Shown one piece after another: positions 8,710 to 18,507 of a stretch of DNA of 32,000 nt. Source of the stretch: Desulfobulbus propionicus DSM 2032 (lineage in GTDB: Bacteria; Desulfobacterota; Desulfobulbia; Desulfobulbales; Desulfobulbaceae); NCBI RefSeq assembly GCF_000186885.1, contig NC_014972.1, positions 90,001-122,000 on the forward strand, given 5' to 3'. The notes beneath the pieces were generated by a model that worked only from the letters and a program-made list of their open reading frames with translations, did no database searches and was not told the origin of the DNA. The position numbers and the translations under genes were made by a program. The stretch's first letter is position 1, and every line of letters begins with the position of its first letter.

Positions 8710-9761
8710 ATGGCAACCGTCACGAAACGAAAGAGGAAAAAAGCTTTGTTTATAAAGCGGAAATCCGAATGAAAGGATTCCCCTGCCTGTCGCAAACCTT
8801 TGATCGACTGTCAGAGGCGCAACGATGGGCGGAAGATACGGAATCTCTTCTTCGGTCAGGAGGGCAGATCACCGACAATGATGTTCCCGAGGAACTGACC
8901 TTTGTGGACGCACTTGACAGGTACGAACTGGAGGTCTCAAACCGGAAGAGGCCGAACACCAAAATACGGGAAAGAACCTCAGCAAACCGCCTTCGAGAGC
9001 ATTTCTCCGGATTGAAACTAAAAGAAATCACGCCGTCGCTGGTGGCAGCTTTCCGCGACAAGAGACTGAAAAGTGTAGGTCCTTCAACCGTCCAAAAAGA
9101 TCTTGCCCTACTCTCCCATCTTTTCACTATTGCCAACGCAGAATGGGCCTTGGACATCAAGAACCCTGTCGCCACAATCAGAAAACCGGCCAAACCGGAT
9201 AGCAGGTTACGCCTTCTCAGCAAGGATGAGGCACGGCATCTCCTCGAGACCTCCAAGCAAAGCCGCAACAAAAAGCTCTATCATTTCCTGCAGCTGATGT
9301 TGCACACGGGGATGCGACCATCAGAAGCAGCAGGAATAACCTGGGGGCAAATAGATATTGATGCCCGAATTATTGACCTGACAGTGACAAAGACAAAGCC
9401 AAGGCGGGTACCGTTGACGGTAAAGGCGGTTGAATTGCTCCTGGAACTGATGCCGGATCAATACGAGAAAAATTCCTTTGTTTTCCTGCCCAACAATTGT
9501 TCGGAGACACTCCGCAGAAGACCAAACCTGTTTTTTCGACGTGCCTTCTGGAATGCCCTGAAAAAGGCAAACATCGAAGATTTTCACATGCACGATCTCC
9601 GACATACCGCAGCAAGCTACCTGCTGATGGCCGGAGTCGACCTGCGCACCCTGGCGGACATTCTCGGTCACAGTACCATGCAGATGGTTCAGCGCTACAC
9701 CCACCTTCTGGACGACCACAAGTTAAAGGCGATCGATAAAATCGAGCTCTTGGGGAGATAA
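8710..9761 (+). CDS. Tyrosine recombinase / phage-type integrase (annotated ORF begins at 8769; likely N-terminus at 8710 in another frame)
   Basis: SAM-like core-binding region and catalytic region TGMRPSEAAGITWGQID...MHDLRHTAASYLLMAGVDLRTLADILGHSTMQMVQRYTHL. MATVTKRKRKK upstream is in the +0 frame and joins by a -1 shift at the A6 run 8737-8742. Confidence 0.9.
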
Positions 9762-9885
9762 CCCAAATACTCTTTCTTCCCGGCAGCATGGTCTTGGCTG
9801 ACCATCAGCCTCCCCTCCCCTTGCACACCTGAATCTGGCCTGCATCGGTCCGATTTCATTTCGACAACAAACCATCCCGCTTGTA

Positions 9886-10236
9886 TCACTCCGACGGGCG
9901 CTCCTCGACCACCCGCAAATACTCCTCGATCTCCCGGGGAGTGTAGTAGCGGAAGTGGATGCGGTGGCAGAGTTTGTCGGTGAAGTCGGAGAAGGCCATG
10001 ACGATCTCGCGTCCCTCGGCCATCAGGGCCTCGCCTTCCTCGTAGGAGATGCCGCCCATCTCGCCGAGCCGCCCCTTGAAGTTGGCATAGGCCAGATCGA
10101 ACTGGCGCAGGATGTTACACAGGGTCGCGCCCAAGGGCGAGTTGATGAGCAGCACCCGCGAGCCCCGTTCCTTGACCAGGCTGATCTTGCGCTCCTGGAT
10201 CTCCTGCGACGAGAGCCGCTGCTTTTCTTCCGCCAT
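9886..10236 (-). CDS. Hypothetical protein in mobilization operon
   Basis: 116 aa ORF MAEEKQRLSSQEIQERKISLVKERGSRVLLINSPLGATLCNILRQFDLAYANFKGRLGEMG; co-directional with the relaxase operon. Confidence 0.6.
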   Translation of the reverse strand: MAEEKQRLSSQEIQERKISLVKERGSRVLLINSPLGATLCNILRQFDLAYANFKGRLGEMGGISYEEGEALMAEGREIVMAFSDFTDKLCHRIHFRYYTPREIEEYLRVVEERPSE

Positions 10237-10254
10237 GATGGACTCCCTGGTTGG

Positions 10255-10971
10255 TTAGGCGGTGATCCGCCGGGCGTTGCGCCGGACCCGGTACCGCTGC
10301 CAGCAATCGAGCAGGTACACCGAGCCATAGGGAAAGACCGCGGCCAGTACCATGAGCAGGGTGCTCCTGGTGGCCAGCGGCAGCAGGTGCGGCCTGATCG
10401 TCATCATCCCCTCATATATTTCCCGGGCGTGGGACATCCACCGGCTGGCCATGCGCCAGACGTTCTCCGGCGTGGCCAACCGATCCGCCAGCAGGTAGAG
10501 CACGTAGACGAGAAAGGCCTTGAGCAACAGCGACAGGGCCCGGCCGGTGAGCAGGCTGTTGACCCCCTTGCGGGTGATGTTGCCCACGAAGTAGCGGCTC
10601 AGGTAGCTGCACATGGCGGTGTTGATGATGAGCGGCAGGTAGGGGATGGCGCCGAAGAACAGCTGGCCGGACCAGTCGAGGTGCTCGAACACGAACGGCA
10701 GCAGGTAGAGGTGGAACACCGGGAACAGCAGCACCAGCGCCAACCCCTCATGAAAACCGCTCTTCACGCCGATCTTGAAGAAATCGATGGTCCGCTCCAA
10801 GGTGAGGAACTCGGCCGGGATGTTCTGGCCCTTGCTCTCGATCACGTAGAACTGCTGGATCTCGGAGATGGCGCTGAGCAGGTTGCGCGGCCGCTCGATC
10901 CGGCCGCCGTCGGTGGTGATGATCGGGGCATTGGTGTCGTTCGCGCCCCGCGACTCCCGGTCCCTGGCCAT
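10255..10971 (-). CDS. Multi-pass membrane protein of the integrated element, unknown function
   Basis: 238 aa with several hydrophobic segments (GLALVLLFPVFHLYLLPFVF, LSLLLKAFLVYVLYLLAD); abuts the relaxase candidate. Confidence 0.65.
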   Translation of the reverse strand: MARDRESRGANDTNAPIITTDGGRIERPRNLLSAISEIQQFYVIESKGQNIPAEFLTLERTIDFFKIGVKSGFHEGLALVLLFPVFHLYLLPFVFEHLDWSGQLFFGAIPYLPLIINTAMCSYLSRYFVGNITRKGVNSLLTGRALSLLLKAFLVYVLYLLADRLATPENVWRMASRWMSHAREIYEGMMTIRPHLLPLATRSTLLMVLAAVFPYGSVYLLDCWQRYRVRRNARRITA

Positions 10972-12383
10972 CAGTCGCCCCTATCCTCACCGGCCCAGGG
11001 CGTGACCTTGACGATGTCGCGCAGCAGGTCCGGCTTGGCCCGTTCCATCTCGGCGATGGAGCCGAACGGCTCGGCGTGGAACGGGGTGTAGTAGCCGCGC
11101 AGTTCCTTGCCGAACCTGCGAGTGAGCAGGAAATAGCCGCCGAAGTAGCTGTCGCGGATGAGGTGGCGGGCGATCACGTCCGGTTCCTGCCGCAGTCGTT
11201 GAACAACGGCCAGCAGCACCCGCCGCATGGTCGGGTCGTCCGCGGCCATGGTGGCGATCTCCATGCAGCCGGCCCGTTCCGCCTGTTGGCGGGCCGCCTG
11301 CTCGAGCGCCTTGACCTGGAAGTAGACCAGGCCGTCAGCCATGGAGAAGGCGAGGAAACGACGACCGTCGAGCCGGTTGATGACCGGCTTGAGCAGGGCC
11401 AGGAACCCGGCGACATCGAACCAGCGGGAGATGTCCAGCGGCCGGGGTTTTTCCTCGCGCGCCACCTCCGGCCCGGTCGTCTCAGCAAAGATCTCCTTCA
11501 TCCCCTGCCGAGCTGTCCCATCCTCCACCACCGCAGTCCCTTCCTTCCCATCCACCTCCTGCAGCCCGCCGGCCGCCATGCCCTCCTCCAGTTCCTGCTG
11601 CCGTGCCAGCTGGTCCGCCTGCTTCAGCGTCTTGCCCAGCAGCCCGTCGGCCACCTTGTGGTGCAGCTTGATGGCGCGGAGGATCTCGTCCTTGCGCCCC
11701 AGCTCCTTGAAGCCGGGAACCCCGGCCAGCACCGTGCCGGCGGCCAGTGGATGCTCGCCCAGGGCGTAGAGTGTGCCACGTGCGGACGGCAGCTTTCCCA
11801 GGTCATGGGCGAGCGCAGCCACCAGGGTGTCCGGGATCACATGCCAGGCCTGGTTGTCGGCAAGCAGCCGCACCACCTGGTCAGCCACGTCCAGGGAATG
11901 ATCGAGCAGGGTGGTCTGCGCCAGCAACCGGTAGGTGTTTGCCTCCCAGGCGGCCTCGACATCACCGCGCACATCCACCACCGAGGGACAGTCGCCCTCC
12001 CGGTCGAGCAACTGCACCAGCTGCCGGCAGACCGCTCCCTGCTCGTGGCAGGTGCGGAAGAAGGGCCATTCGTCGATCTGGCGGAGAAAGGCCGCGGCCC
12101 GCGGATGGGCCACGGCGGGGGGTTCCACTGCAACACGGGCAAGCTGTTCGTCCCGCCACAGGTGGACCAGGTCGGCAATATGCACGGTCCGGTACACCGG
12201 GGACCTGGTCCAGCACGCGGCCAACTCGCCCAGGGCGATCTCCCGGGTGTCCGGCGGCGCGGTGTCCCCTTTACGGAGCAGCACCGCCCCGGCCAACCCG
12301 GCCAGCACCACGGCTAGGCCAAGGAACAGGTCCGGCCAGCCGAACACCTCCCGCAGCGCCGTGAACACGTCGTCACCGGCCAT
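10971..12383 (-). CDS. HD-domain relaxase candidate (MobH / TraI_2-like)
   Basis: TLLDHSLDVADQVVRLL, VAALAHDLGKLP, HPLAAGTVL, IKLHHKVADGLLG: HD signature arrangement typical of MobH relaxases. Next to a TraD-like coupling protein. One N-terminal TM helix. Confidence 0.72.
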   Translation of the reverse strand: MAGDDVFTALREVFGWPDLFLGLAVVLAGLAGAVLLRKGDTAPPDTREIALGELAACWTRSPVYRTVHIADLVHLWRDEQLARVAVEPPAVAHPRAAAFLRQIDEWPFFRTCHEQGAVCRQLVQLLDREGDCPSVVDVRGDVEAAWEANTYRLLAQTTLLDHSLDVADQVVRLLADNQAWHVIPDTLVAALAHDLGKLPSARGTLYALGEHPLAAGTVLAGVPGFKELGRKDEILRAIKLHHKVADGLLGKTLKQADQLARQQELEEGMAAGGLQEVDGKEGTAVVEDGTARQGMKEIFAETTGPEVAREEKPRPLDISRWFDVAGFLALLKPVINRLDGRRFLAFSMADGLVYFQVKALEQAARQQAERAGCMEIATMAADDPTMRRVLLAVVQRLRQEPDVIARHLIRDSYFGGYFLLTRRFGKELRGYYTPFHAEPFGSIAEMERAKPDLLRDIVKVTPWAGEDRGD

Positions 12384-13734
12384 CCCGACTGACCGTCACC
12401 GCGGCCAGGTCCGGAAAGGTCACCCGCAGGGTGGCGTCCTCGACCGTGGCGGTCCGGCCCCGGTAGGTGCCGGAGTAGGTCACCAGAAAGAGCTCGCGCG
12501 GCGCCAGGTTGAGGATCTCGGTGTGGCGGACGCGCACCTCCTCGGTCTCGCGGATACTGAGTCCGCCGCCCACCGAGATGATCGGCGAGAACCGCCGCTC
12601 CTCGCCCAGGTGCTCGGACACGTAGCTGGCCGTGTGGGCGTCGGGCACGCGCATGAACAGCTTGGTGTTGCAGTTGTCGAGGATGGTGTTGGCCCGGTCC
12701 TCGCCCACCTCGGCGTGCAGCTGGCTGATCGACTGGCAATAGCCGTGGATGAACACGCCGGCGCCGCCGGCCTTGGCGAACAGGTCCTCGATGCCCTGGT
12801 AGAGCACGGACTGGGCCTCGTCGATGTGCAGCACCAGGGGCGGCTCGACGTTGCGGCCGCTGGAGTAGACCCGGCCGACAAAGGCCTGGATCATGGAGAT
12901 GATCACCTTGCCGGCGGTGTAGGCGGCCCGCTTGGTCAAGAGCGACCCCAGCTGCACCACCAGGATGATGCCCTGGCCCTGCTCGAGCCGCTGGATGAAG
13001 CGGTTCTCGTCGGCCTTGCCGATGATCCGTCCGACATTGCCCGAGGTCAGCTCGGTGAGCGCCACCCGCAGCGAACTGGCCACCTTGGAGTAGTAGTCCG
13101 CCGGCGTGGAGAGGATCTTCTCCATGTCCCGGGAGAGCTGCTTGGCCTCCGGGGTGTTGATGTAGTCGATCTTTTCCTTCAGCCGTTCCAACTCCTGGTG
13201 GCTGATGTGGTTCTTGATGTCGTTGAGGTTGAACGAGGGGGTTTTCCCGGCCTGTGCGGCCAGCAGGATCAGGGCCTGGACCACCACCAGGCTGACCTCG
13301 TAGGCCACGCCGAAGAAGTAGGGCTCGCGGCCGACGGCCACCCCGGCGGTGATGTGGGCGACCAGTTCCTCGGGCATACAGTAGGAGGAGAGCGGGTCGA
13401 GGATGGCGCTGTACTGGGGGAAGATCGGGGTGATGAGCATGAGGTCGGCGAGCCGGTCGGTCTCTTCGGCCAGCTGGGTGATCTTGGAGAACAGGCCGAT
13501 GTCGCCCTTGGGGTCGATGGCCACCACCGAGTAGCCCTTGCGGATATCCTGCTCGAGGATGTGCTCCATGACCCGGGTCTTGCCCACCCGGGTGGTGCCG
13601 AAGCACCAGCAGTGCCCCTTGCGGGCACTGTCGGGAAAGCCCAGTTCGAGGATCGCCTGGGGATGATCGAGATGGACGCCGGTGCCGATGTGGGTCCAGG
13701 GCTCGGGTCGGCTGTCCTGGTGGCGGGCGCTCAC
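12373..13734 (-). CDS. TraD/VirD4-like type IV coupling protein
   Basis: Walker A GTTRVGKT, SVVAIDPKGD, Walker B LVLHIDEAQSVL, IHGYCQSISQLHAEVGEDRANTILDNCNTKLFMRV. Confidence 0.85.
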   Translation of the reverse strand: MSARHQDSRPEPWTHIGTGVHLDHPQAILELGFPDSARKGHCWCFGTTRVGKTRVMEHILEQDIRKGYSVVAIDPKGDIGLFSKITQLAEETDRLADLMLITPIFPQYSAILDPLSSYCMPEELVAHITAGVAVGREPYFFGVAYEVSLVVVQALILLAAQAGKTPSFNLNDIKNHISHQELERLKEKIDYINTPEAKQLSRDMEKILSTPADYYSKVASSLRVALTELTSGNVGRIIGKADENRFIQRLEQGQGIILVVQLGSLLTKRAAYTAGKVIISMIQAFVGRVYSSGRNVEPPLVLHIDEAQSVLYQGIEDLFAKAGGAGVFIHGYCQSISQLHAEVGEDRANTILDNCNTKLFMRVPDAHTASYVSEHLGEERRFSPIISVGGGLSIRETEEVRVRHTEILNLAPRELFLVTYSGTYRGRTATVEDATLRVTFPDLAAVTVSRDGR

Positions 13735-14468
13735 GGTTGCCGCAGGATGCGGACCTCGACCCGCTCGCGCAGTTCACGGTCCACGCTGAGGATGGCCGCC
13801 TTGGGCAGGCGTCGGTCGGTGACCACCAGGCTGCGGTGGCCGACGTAGCGCTTGAGGCAGTGGCACCTGATCCGGTCGGCCTGCGCGCCGAGGTGCTCGC
13901 GCAGCAGGGTCTCGACCAGGGTTTTGGCCACCCGGTCGAGCACCACCTGGACCCGGGCAATGCCGTTTCGTTCCATGGCTTCGACCCGGCGCAGGTGGAA
14001 GGCGCGGCGCTGGCCGACCTGGAACCCGCCTGCACACCGCTCATGCACGCCGATGCGGTTCAGCGGGCAGACACCAAGGACCGACTCGCCGGGGAGGATC
14101 TCCGCCGCCACGATCAGGTTGCCCTCCGCGTCGCTGCCGACGATCTCGCCCCAAAGCAGGTTGTGTTCACAGAGCTTGTAGCGCCGGACCAATTGGCAGA
14201 CCCCGGACGTCTCCAGACGACGTTCGAGAAAGTCGCTGAGCCGCGCCCTCCCCAGCAGTGCCGGCAGGTCGATGACCCGCTGGTGGACGATACCGTTCAC
14301 CCGAGCGTAGGCGACCGCTTCCAGGCACAGGTCCTGCCGGAAGTGGACCAGCACCTCCCGCCGGTACCAGCGGGAGAGCAGGGTGGAAAAGGCGGACTCG
14401 ATCTCCAGCAGCACCTCGGCCCGGGACAGGCCGTGCCGGCTGGCCAGCGACGCGATGATGGACTGCAT
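13731..14468 (-). CDS. NusA N-terminal/S1-like domain protein, element-encoded (tentative)
   Basis: MQSIIASLASRHGLSRAEVLLEIESAFSTLLSRWYRREVLV resembles NusA N-terminal domain; later LLWGEIVGSDAEGNLIVAAEIL...VQVVLDRVAKTLVETLLREH resembles the NusA S1 segment. Overlaps traD-like gene by 4 nt. Confidence 0.5.
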   Translation of the reverse strand: MQSIIASLASRHGLSRAEVLLEIESAFSTLLSRWYRREVLVHFRQDLCLEAVAYARVNGIVHQRVIDLPALLGRARLSDFLERRLETSGVCQLVRRYKLCEHNLLWGEIVGSDAEGNLIVAAEILPGESVLGVCPLNRIGVHERCAGGFQVGQRRAFHLRRVEAMERNGIARVQVVLDRVAKTLVETLLREHLGAQADRIRCHCLKRYVGHRSLVVTDRRLPKAAILSVDRELRERVEVRILRQP

Positions 14469-14775
14469 GCGAGGTGCCCCCTGGAGCGGTTAGGGATGCG
14501 GCCGGAAAGTCCGGTCTCATCCCTTTTTTCAGGGGGGAGGACATCTGGGAAATTTTGGATGAGTCCTAGGCATGCGAGGAGCGTTGTCAGACGACGAATG
14601 CTGAACCCCTGGATTCTGTCAATAGGGGAAGGAAACAGCACGGCTCGCCATGCGATTGAACGGTGTCGTTCCCGGGTACCGTTGAAAAAGCCGGGGTTCT
14701 TTGTTGGTGATGCAATTGGCCGTGTAGGAAGCGATGCCGTCTTCGGTGCGCGCCTCGTTGCTGCCTTCCTGCTGA

Positions 14776-15933
14776 TCAGGGGCCGTCGTCATCGGTAAAC
14801 ATGCCGAGGCGAACCCGGATCGGCTCGATAATCCCTATCTGGCGTGAAAAATTGTTCAGCCCCTTGAGCAGCGGCGGGGTGATGATTTGGCCCTTGGCAA
14901 CGACCAGTGTCCCGTTTTTTGCCAGCACGTCGTCCAACGCCACCATGCCGACCCCGACCTGGTCCACGTGCAGGCTCAGCACCTGTTCCGGGCTGGCTGC
15001 CCGGACCGTGGCCAGGATGTTTAATATTCTTGGATTATAGACCTTTTTTTGCGACCGCATCAAGCCAAGCGCCTCGCCCCGGCCCTTGCCCTGAAAGAGT
15101 AGGCGGTCATACTCGGTGGCCGCTTTCAGCATCTGGGCGCCAAGCAGGATCTCCTCGTACATCGTTTCCCGCATGGCATCGGTGAATTCATCGAACCGTT
15201 TGCGCTGCAGGGCGATCATTTCAGTGACATTTTCCATCCTGGGAATCCGCTCCAGCAGTTTCCTCGCCGTTTCAGGGTGAGTATCGAACAATTCGGCCTC
15301 GCCAGGGGTCAGTTCCTGACCGGTGTAAAACTTGCTCAAAATTTCGCCCGGCAGGGTGATGCAGCCGATCTGGGAGAGCAGCGCGGCCATCTCGTACTGC
15401 CAGGGCTGCGGCAGGCGCAGCGACTCGGCGATGCGGACTGTGTACTCCCTGATGCGCAGTCCGGAACTACAGGCCAGCGGGCTGGTCATGCCGAGCAGTT
15501 CGCTGAGTACGCTGACGCAGCCCTTGAGCGTGTTCTGCAGCAGTTCCTGTTCCGCGGTGATCAGGCGGTGCTGGCGCAGGGCCAGCACCAGCGAGGTGAC
15601 GAACAGGGCCGGCGGGCAGGGCTTGGCGAGAAAGCGGAAGATCTGGCCGGTGTTGACCGCGTCGATGGCGGTTTCCCGGTCGGCGTGACCGGTGAGCATG
15701 AGGCGCACCGTATCGGGGTAGAGGTCTTTCACCAGCTTGAGCAGTTCAATGCCGTTCATGTTCGGCATGCGCATGTCCGAGACAATGACCGCGAACGGCC
15801 CATCTTCCTTGAGTTGCCGCAGGGCGGCCTCGCCGCTCTCGGCGGTCCGAATTTCAAAACGCCTGCGCAGGTGCCGCTCGATGGAACTGAGGATAGCGGG
15901 CTCGTCGTCGACGAGCAGGATTTTCTCGGTCAC
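14776..15933 (-). CDS. Two-component response regulator: REC + HD/HDOD-like output domain
   Basis: ILLVDDEPAILSSIERHL, VIVSDMRMPNMNGIELL, MLTGHAD, FLAKPC; C-terminal EYTVRIAESLRLPQPWQYEMAALLSQIGCITLPGEIL..THPETARKLLERIPRMENVTEMI. Confidence 0.88.
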   Translation of the reverse strand: MTEKILLVDDEPAILSSIERHLRRRFEIRTAESGEAALRQLKEDGPFAVIVSDMRMPNMNGIELLKLVKDLYPDTVRLMLTGHADRETAIDAVNTGQIFRFLAKPCPPALFVTSLVLALRQHRLITAEQELLQNTLKGCVSVLSELLGMTSPLACSSGLRIREYTVRIAESLRLPQPWQYEMAALLSQIGCITLPGEILSKFYTGQELTPGEAELFDTHPETARKLLERIPRMENVTEMIALQRKRFDEFTDAMRETMYEEILLGAQMLKAATEYDRLLFQGKGRGEALGLMRSQKKVYNPRILNILATVRAASPEQVLSLHVDQVGVGMVALDDVLAKNGTLVVAKGQIITPPLLKGLNNFSRQIGIIEPIRVRLGMFTDDDGP

Positions 15934-16950
15934 GGGTCCATCCTTTTGATGTGGTTGTCTGCTCGCGAAGTTCGTTCAATGGGCCGCCCGATTCCACGCC
16001 CCCTGCCTGCGCGAGCGAGCCGGTGGGCAAGTTGGACAATGACGAACAAGCAATTTCCGGGCGCGGTCATTGCCGGGTGTATTGGTCGTGTGCATCGCTG
16101 TCGCCGCGTTGTCCGATGGCTCTGGGGCAGGCACCGCTGGGGGCAATCGCCAAAGATCGCCCCCATCCCAACAACACGGTCGGTGTGCCCTTCCTGTCGA
16201 TTGGACCTGGGACCATCCTCAGCAGACCCGGCTGGTGTTCGATGCGGGAGTGGGACAAGGCGCCACCAGGATAACATGGCTAGGCCGCCTTGGCAGGCAG
16301 TATGTCCACAGGAGCGCCAACAAGTGATGTCCCTTGCAGGGCTTGCCACCGCTGCTGGTCGCCTGGTGGCTTCTTGGCGCCGTACGCTCGGTGGCAGGTG
16401 ATCCGTGGGCAGGGCGGTTGGTTGGTCCTGGCACTGATCGAGTCCAGCAGAGAAGATTCGACGGCACACCACATCCTCTTCCCAAGTCCGACCCATCAAC
16501 TGCTTTCATCTTGCCAGCCGTTTGCTCCTGATCGCTCATATTGAGAGCCTTGGTTTTTCCTCAGTTCTCAAAATCAGAACAGAAAAATCTGTTTTTCCGT
16601 TATTTTTTTTTCGCCAATCCGGCACAGGATTAGCAGTTAAGAATGAGTTCCGAGAAGAGTGAAAAGGGCGGAACAGGGTTGGCTCGGCGACCATTGCCGG
16701 CCGACCGCATCTGTGCCGACGGGCCGCTCCGGGTTGAGAGACGGCCCGTCGGTGCTTTTTGGCACAAGAAGCAAAAACGGTGGCGCCCTGTCGCCACGCC
16801 GCCCGCCCCTGGCCGGACAAAGGGTCTGCCGCCGGGGAACAAAGCGCCCATTGCAGGGGAGCAAGGGCACCGCCCTCTCCAGACCACGCCTCGCCCTCAC
16901 CCGACACCAGCAGACCAGCTCGCGCCATCCATGACGAGACCACCGGCACC

Positions 16951-18462
16951 ATGATCGAGATCGACTACACCCACGGCTACTACCAAGAACTCAACCCGCT
17001 CCGGGCCAGGCTGGCGCTGCTGTTCGCGGGCCTCCATTGCCCGATCATGGACACGGCCTGCGAACTGGGCTTTGGCCAGGGGATGAGCATCAACCTGCAT
17101 GCCGCCGCCTCCCCGGTCGCGTGGCACGGCACGGACGCCAACCCGGCGCACGTCGCCTTTGCCCGCGAGATCGCGCGGGCCGCTGGCAGCGAGGCCCGGC
17201 TGGCGGCCGAACCGTTTGCCGAATACGCGGCCCGCCGCGATATGCCCGAATTCGACTTCATCGGCCTGCATGGGGTGTGGAGTTGGGTCTCGGCGGAGAA
17301 CAAGGCCCTCCTGGTTGATTTCATCCGCCGCCAGCTCAAACCGGGAGGCGTGGTCTACGTGAGCTACAACACCCTGCCCGGTTGGGCCGCGTTCGCGCCT
17401 ATGCGGCACCTGCTGGTCACGCACGCGGCGACCCTCGGCGCGGCCGGCCAGGGCATCGTCGAGCGTATCGACCAGGCCCTCGAATTTACCGAGGCCCTGC
17501 TGGCCGCAAAGCCCCTGTTCGCCGATCACCACCCCACCGCGGGACAGAAGCTGGCGCAGTGCAAGCGGCAGGATCGAGCCTACCTGGCGCACGAATTCTT
17601 CACCCGCGACTGGCAGCCCATGCACTTTGCCGAGATGGCCGCTAGCCTGGCGCCGGCCCTGCTCGACTTTGCCTGCTCGGCCCATTTTCCGGACCATCTC
17701 GACATGGTCAACCTCAACCAGGAGCAGCGGGCCTTTTTGGCGGAAATCCCGGATCCGGTTCTGCGCGAGGGGGTGCGGGACTTCTTTGTCAACCAGTGGT
17801 TCCGCCGCGACTACTGGGTCAAAGGGATGCGACGCCTACCCCCGGTCCGCCAAGCCGAACTGCTCACCGAGGCGCGGCTGGTGCTGCAGACCCCGCGCGC
17901 CGAGGTGGGCCTGCAGGTTCGAGGGGTGCTGGGGACGGCCGAGATGGACGGACGTATCTACGGACCGCTGCTCGACCAGCTGGCTGACCATCGACCGCGC
18001 AGCCTGGGCCAACTTGAGCGAAGTGTGTGCACCCCGGAGCTGACTCGAGCCCACCTGCACGAGGCGGTGCGGATCCTGGTCGCAGCCGGGCACCTGGCCC
18101 CGGTCCAGGAAGAGGCCGCAGTCAAGCGGGCGAGAAAACACACCGACCGCTGCAATGCCCACCTGCTGCACCAAGCTGGCTGCAGCGATGCGGTCGCCAT
18201 CCTCGTCTCACCGGTGACCGGCGGCGGCGTGCCGGTGGACCGTGTCGAGCAGCTGTTCCTGCTGGCCCTGACCCAGGGGCGCAGGCAGCCAGCGGAATGG
18301 GCTGCCCGGGCCTGGGAGACCCTGGTCGCGGAGGGGCGGCAACTCCTCCGCGAAGGTGTGGCCCTGGCGACCGCGGCGGACAACCTGGACGAACTCCATG
18401 CCCTGGCCGATCGTTTTGCGGCCCGGCGGCTGCCGGTCCTGCAGGCCCTGCAGGTGGTGTGA
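16951..18462 (+). CDS. Class I SAM-dependent methyltransferase with C-terminal methyltransferase-regulatory-like domain
   Basis: MIEIDYTHGYYQELNPLRARLALLFAGL..TACELGFGQGMSINLHAA..WHGTDANPAHVAFAREIA..FDFIGLHGVWSWVSAENKALLVDFIRRQLKPGGVVYVSYNTLPGW. Confidence 0.85.
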   Translation: MIEIDYTHGYYQELNPLRARLALLFAGLHCPIMDTACELGFGQGMSINLHAAASPVAWHGTDANPAHVAFAREIARAAGSEARLAAEPFAEYAARRDMPEFDFIGLHGVWSWVSAENKALLVDFIRRQLKPGGVVYVSYNTLPGWAAFAPMRHLLVTHAATLGAAGQGIVERIDQALEFTEALLAAKPLFADHHPTAGQKLAQCKRQDRAYLAHEFFTRDWQPMHFAEMAASLAPALLDFACSAHFPDHLDMVNLNQEQRAFLAEIPDPVLREGVRDFFVNQWFRRDYWVKGMRRLPPVRQAELLTEARLVLQTPRAEVGLQVRGVLGTAEMDGRIYGPLLDQLADHRPRSLGQLERSVCTPELTRAHLHEAVRILVAAGHLAPVQEEAAVKRARKHTDRCNAHLLHQAGCSDAVAILVSPVTGGGVPVDRVEQLFLLALTQGRRQPAEWAARAWETLVAEGRQLLREGVALATAADNLDELHALADRFAARRLPVLQALQVV

Positions 18463-18507
18463 CCCGTGGCCGGACCAAGCCGACGAACCCTTTGCCGTGA
18501 GACGACC

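Noticed and set aside
11935-13848. 637-aa + strand ORF (and the large + ORF 11076..12317)
   Set aside because: Antisense to the well-supported relaxase and TraD-like genes. Sequence is compositionally biased with no recognisable motifs; typical shadow ORF in high-GC DNA.
12314-14044. 576-aa minus-strand ORF
   Set aside because: Alternative frame over the TraD-like and NusA-like genes, rich in R/P/G/H and without family motifs.
16643-16954. 103-aa ORF ending over the methyltransferase start
   Set aside because: Low-complexity R/P/G-rich, no motif, no clear RBS; considered 5' leader sequence, though not excluded.
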